From contig JAQGDQ010000119.1 in the NCBI GenBank assembly GCA_030141605.1, forward strand, positions 525,727 to 589,726: DNA of 64,000 bases, written 5' to 3'. Source of the stretch: Tubiluchus corallicola (taxonomy: Eukaryota; Animalia; Priapulida). The notes beneath the pieces are model-generated. The model was not told where the DNA came from. It saw only the letters and a list, made by a program, of their open reading frames with translations, and made no database searches. Shown piece after piece: positions 57,084 to 64,000 of the stretch (within the stretch, counting starts at the first letter, position 1; each line of letters begins with the position of its first letter). The translations under genes and the position numbers were made by a program.

Positions 57084-57670
57084 AGGTGGTACAATTAATT
57101 AAATTTTGACATCAAACTGGAAAGACAAGAAATGTAAAAAAGTCAGAAAACAGGCTGGAATAATTTTCTAAATTGAAATTTTTTTCCTACAATATATTTT
57201 TTTTCAAAGTATGAAGTAATTTAACAAAAATTATATTGCAGACAAAAATTGTAATTTACAAAATTTTAATGTGAATTCAACTTTCGTTGCACAGGTCAGT
57301 TGAAATTAGTTCAGCGAATAAATTGATAAGTTCCGTTTTAAATAAATCTAACGATAGCTAAAATGTGAAGAAGATAACTACTCACCAAAACTGTATATCA
57401 TTGCTTAACATGCTGACAGGATGACATCATGTGTCAGATTTAGAAACAATTCCTCGTTTCTCTAAATATCACAATGCATGCGAGACGTGGTGTTAGGCCC
57501 TTTATGCTTTAGTAGTAGTAGCAGTAGCAGCAGCAGTAGTAATTTTATTAACACAGTAAATAAAGATCACAACGAATTTTGCAAAAAAGTCCTCTAAATC
57601 AGCCAGCGCACGAAGCAAAGAGCAGCTGTGATAACTATATCTAAATCGATAACAATATTTTCAATGGCAA

Positions 57671-58025
57671 TTGTGTTAATAGCAACCCCGAATAAACTTT
57701 TACTCCCGCGATGACCGTTATGGTTATTCTATACTAGTTACATGCTGCCTTATTGCATACAGAGCTTGTGTTAATAGCAACCCTGAATAAACTTGAAAAT
57801 TTTACTCCCGCGATGATCGTTATGGTTACCTACATCACTTACATGCTGCTTTATTGCATATAGAGCTTGTGTTAATAGCAACCCTGAATAAACTTGAAAA
57901 TTTTACTCCCGCGATGATCGTTATGGTTATCCTACATCACTTACATACTACCTTTTTGCACATTAGACTTGTGTCGGCAGTAACGATATATGAAACATGT
58001 AAATTTAAATTCCCGCGATGACCAT
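57671..58025. repeat. Tandem repeat of about 100 bp, 3-4 copies
   Basis: TTGTGTTAATAGCAACCC...TTTTACTCCCGCGATGA...TTATTGCATA recurs at 57671, 57766 and 57867, with a decayed fourth copy. Confidence 0.88.
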
Positions 58026-59601
58026 TAGATGCGGACATTTTGACAGTAAGTTGTTTGAAAACGTTTGTACCTCCCCACACTCTTATACATAACCCTTTCC
58101 CGCATCTCAAGCGGGCGCACGTACTACATTTCGTTTTTGGTGTGTATTCATCCGCCGAATAAATACAGTATTTACTGTAAATGGTAATTTTTTATGATTT
58201 ATAATATTCTTTTAATGTTAGAATTAATATTTTTAATATGTTTTTATGCATTTTGTGATTTTTGTATGCAAAATTCATCAAATCTATACATTACTGCACA
58301 ATACGTACTACGCATGTGTGCAAAAATACTTTAGGAGCACCGCAAAAACCCATGAAACAGCGAGTCCGCGATAAACGAACCTCGAAAGCTACTTCATGCA
58401 CATGGTTTCCTGTTCTTTAATGATAGCAGCTTACTAACTGAACCAACTCTGGCCTACACAAATATCTCTACACGAGGCTCACCCTGTTTTCCTTTAATGG
58501 GAGCCATTATTATAATAGTGGGAGGTACAAAAAAAGAACATTCAATGTCACTTGAAATTGCAAGTTGAAAGAAATTGGTTTACAAAACGCTACATCAACA
58601 GTTATCAAGAGTTTATTCATTTCCAAACGGCATCTTACGATTATCAGCAAAATACAGATAATTATCCAGTAAAGTAAATACAAATACAGTATAATATAGA
58701 AAATACAAATAAAGAGTTTTAGTAGCTAACAATAATTTTGCTGCACACAGTTTGAATCTAAAAGCATAGCTTGACAGGACAAGCTGTATGTGGAAATCTT
58801 AAAGAAAGAATTAATAATTGAGATAATGATGATATATACACTGATGTGGGGGAGTAGTGAATGAAAGATGAAATGGAGCGAGAACTAAGAAAAAACCGTG
58901 ATCATGATTATAAAGTGTTCAACATAACGTGCTGAACACTAGTCACGTTTTATTAAGATTACATATTTAGCCGTGATGTGGATTCTGTTGCTCAAAACAA
59001 GATTAAAAGAAAACACAGGTTACTTGGCATGTTGGCTTTATTTTACTGTTATTACTTAAACTTAGAAAAATATAACAAAGAAATTTGCAAGTAAACCTGC
59101 CTCTAAAGCATGGTGTTGATTTATATTATCGCTGTACAGACATTTTCAGGAGTGGTGGTAGCTGTCATTCACTTGAAAATGATGACATAATCGGTGGACA
59201 TTGTAACTTTTCATAAGTGTGCTGCTTAAACTAATTCAAACTTTTGCAGCTTACCTAATGTTCATGCAAAAGTGTTACAAAATTAGCTATCTAATTTTTT
59301 TATAAAAATTCTTTATACTTTTGACGGAGATTGACAGCAAACTGCATTTCTTCAATGACGTCATTGATGGAAGACTCGGCTTTCAAAATGGGAGCATCCA
59401 AATGTGAAATGACCACAACTTCAAAGAAATTTTGATAATAATGCATGTCACTTATCATCTTTGTAACGTTTTTTACAAACAATGAAATAAGCCTAACTTC
59501 CCAGGAGGCTTTGTGTTTCCTTTAATGTACCATGCTGCCATCTACCATCACAATTCTTACAATACAACAAAAAATATAAAAAAGCCTCAGCTATTACTTA
59601 C

Positions 59602-63913
<4,312 letters not shown>

Positions 63914-64000
63914 CTGGAAAATGGAAAATGATGAAATACAACACATTAAGTTTAACTATTACATTCTTACATTCTTAACTAGTAAATTTAAAGAATAAAT

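Noticed and set aside
59300-59482. ORF containing APILKAESSINDVIE, faintly like the missing AUH segment GPVAMRVAKLAINQGME
   Set aside because: No suitable AG acceptor in front, no GT donor after, two residues short, and no following VDL...CYAQ sequence.

Overview
AT-rich, intron-rich animal genomic DNA, most likely a marine invertebrate (inferred from a sea-urchin-type arylsulfatase; the taxon cannot be fixed from sequence alone). I reconstructed five protein-coding loci by reading exons with canonical GT-AG sites. (1) A 12-exon TMEM120 gene on + (6105-30721). (2) A complete 5-exon P-loop sulfotransferase-like gene nested antisense in its first intron (8314-15496). (3) A 7-exon arylsulfatase on - (33355-43481), tail-to-tail with TMEM120. 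(4) A single-coding-exon secreted precursor with a dibasic site and a 6-Cys domain resembling the CHH/ITP neuropeptide fold (54319-54660, -). (5) Five internal exons of AUH/methylglutaconyl-CoA hydratase on - (59602-63913); its 5' end is outside the window and I could not find its 3' exons. The rest is decayed LINEs, hAT MITEs, THAP and hAT transposase remnants, foldback elements, mini- and microsatellites, and a complex direct-plus-inverted duplication at about 49.9-54.1 kb. No rRNA, tRNA or CRISPR array is supported. All family assignments come from motif recognition; no database search was run.
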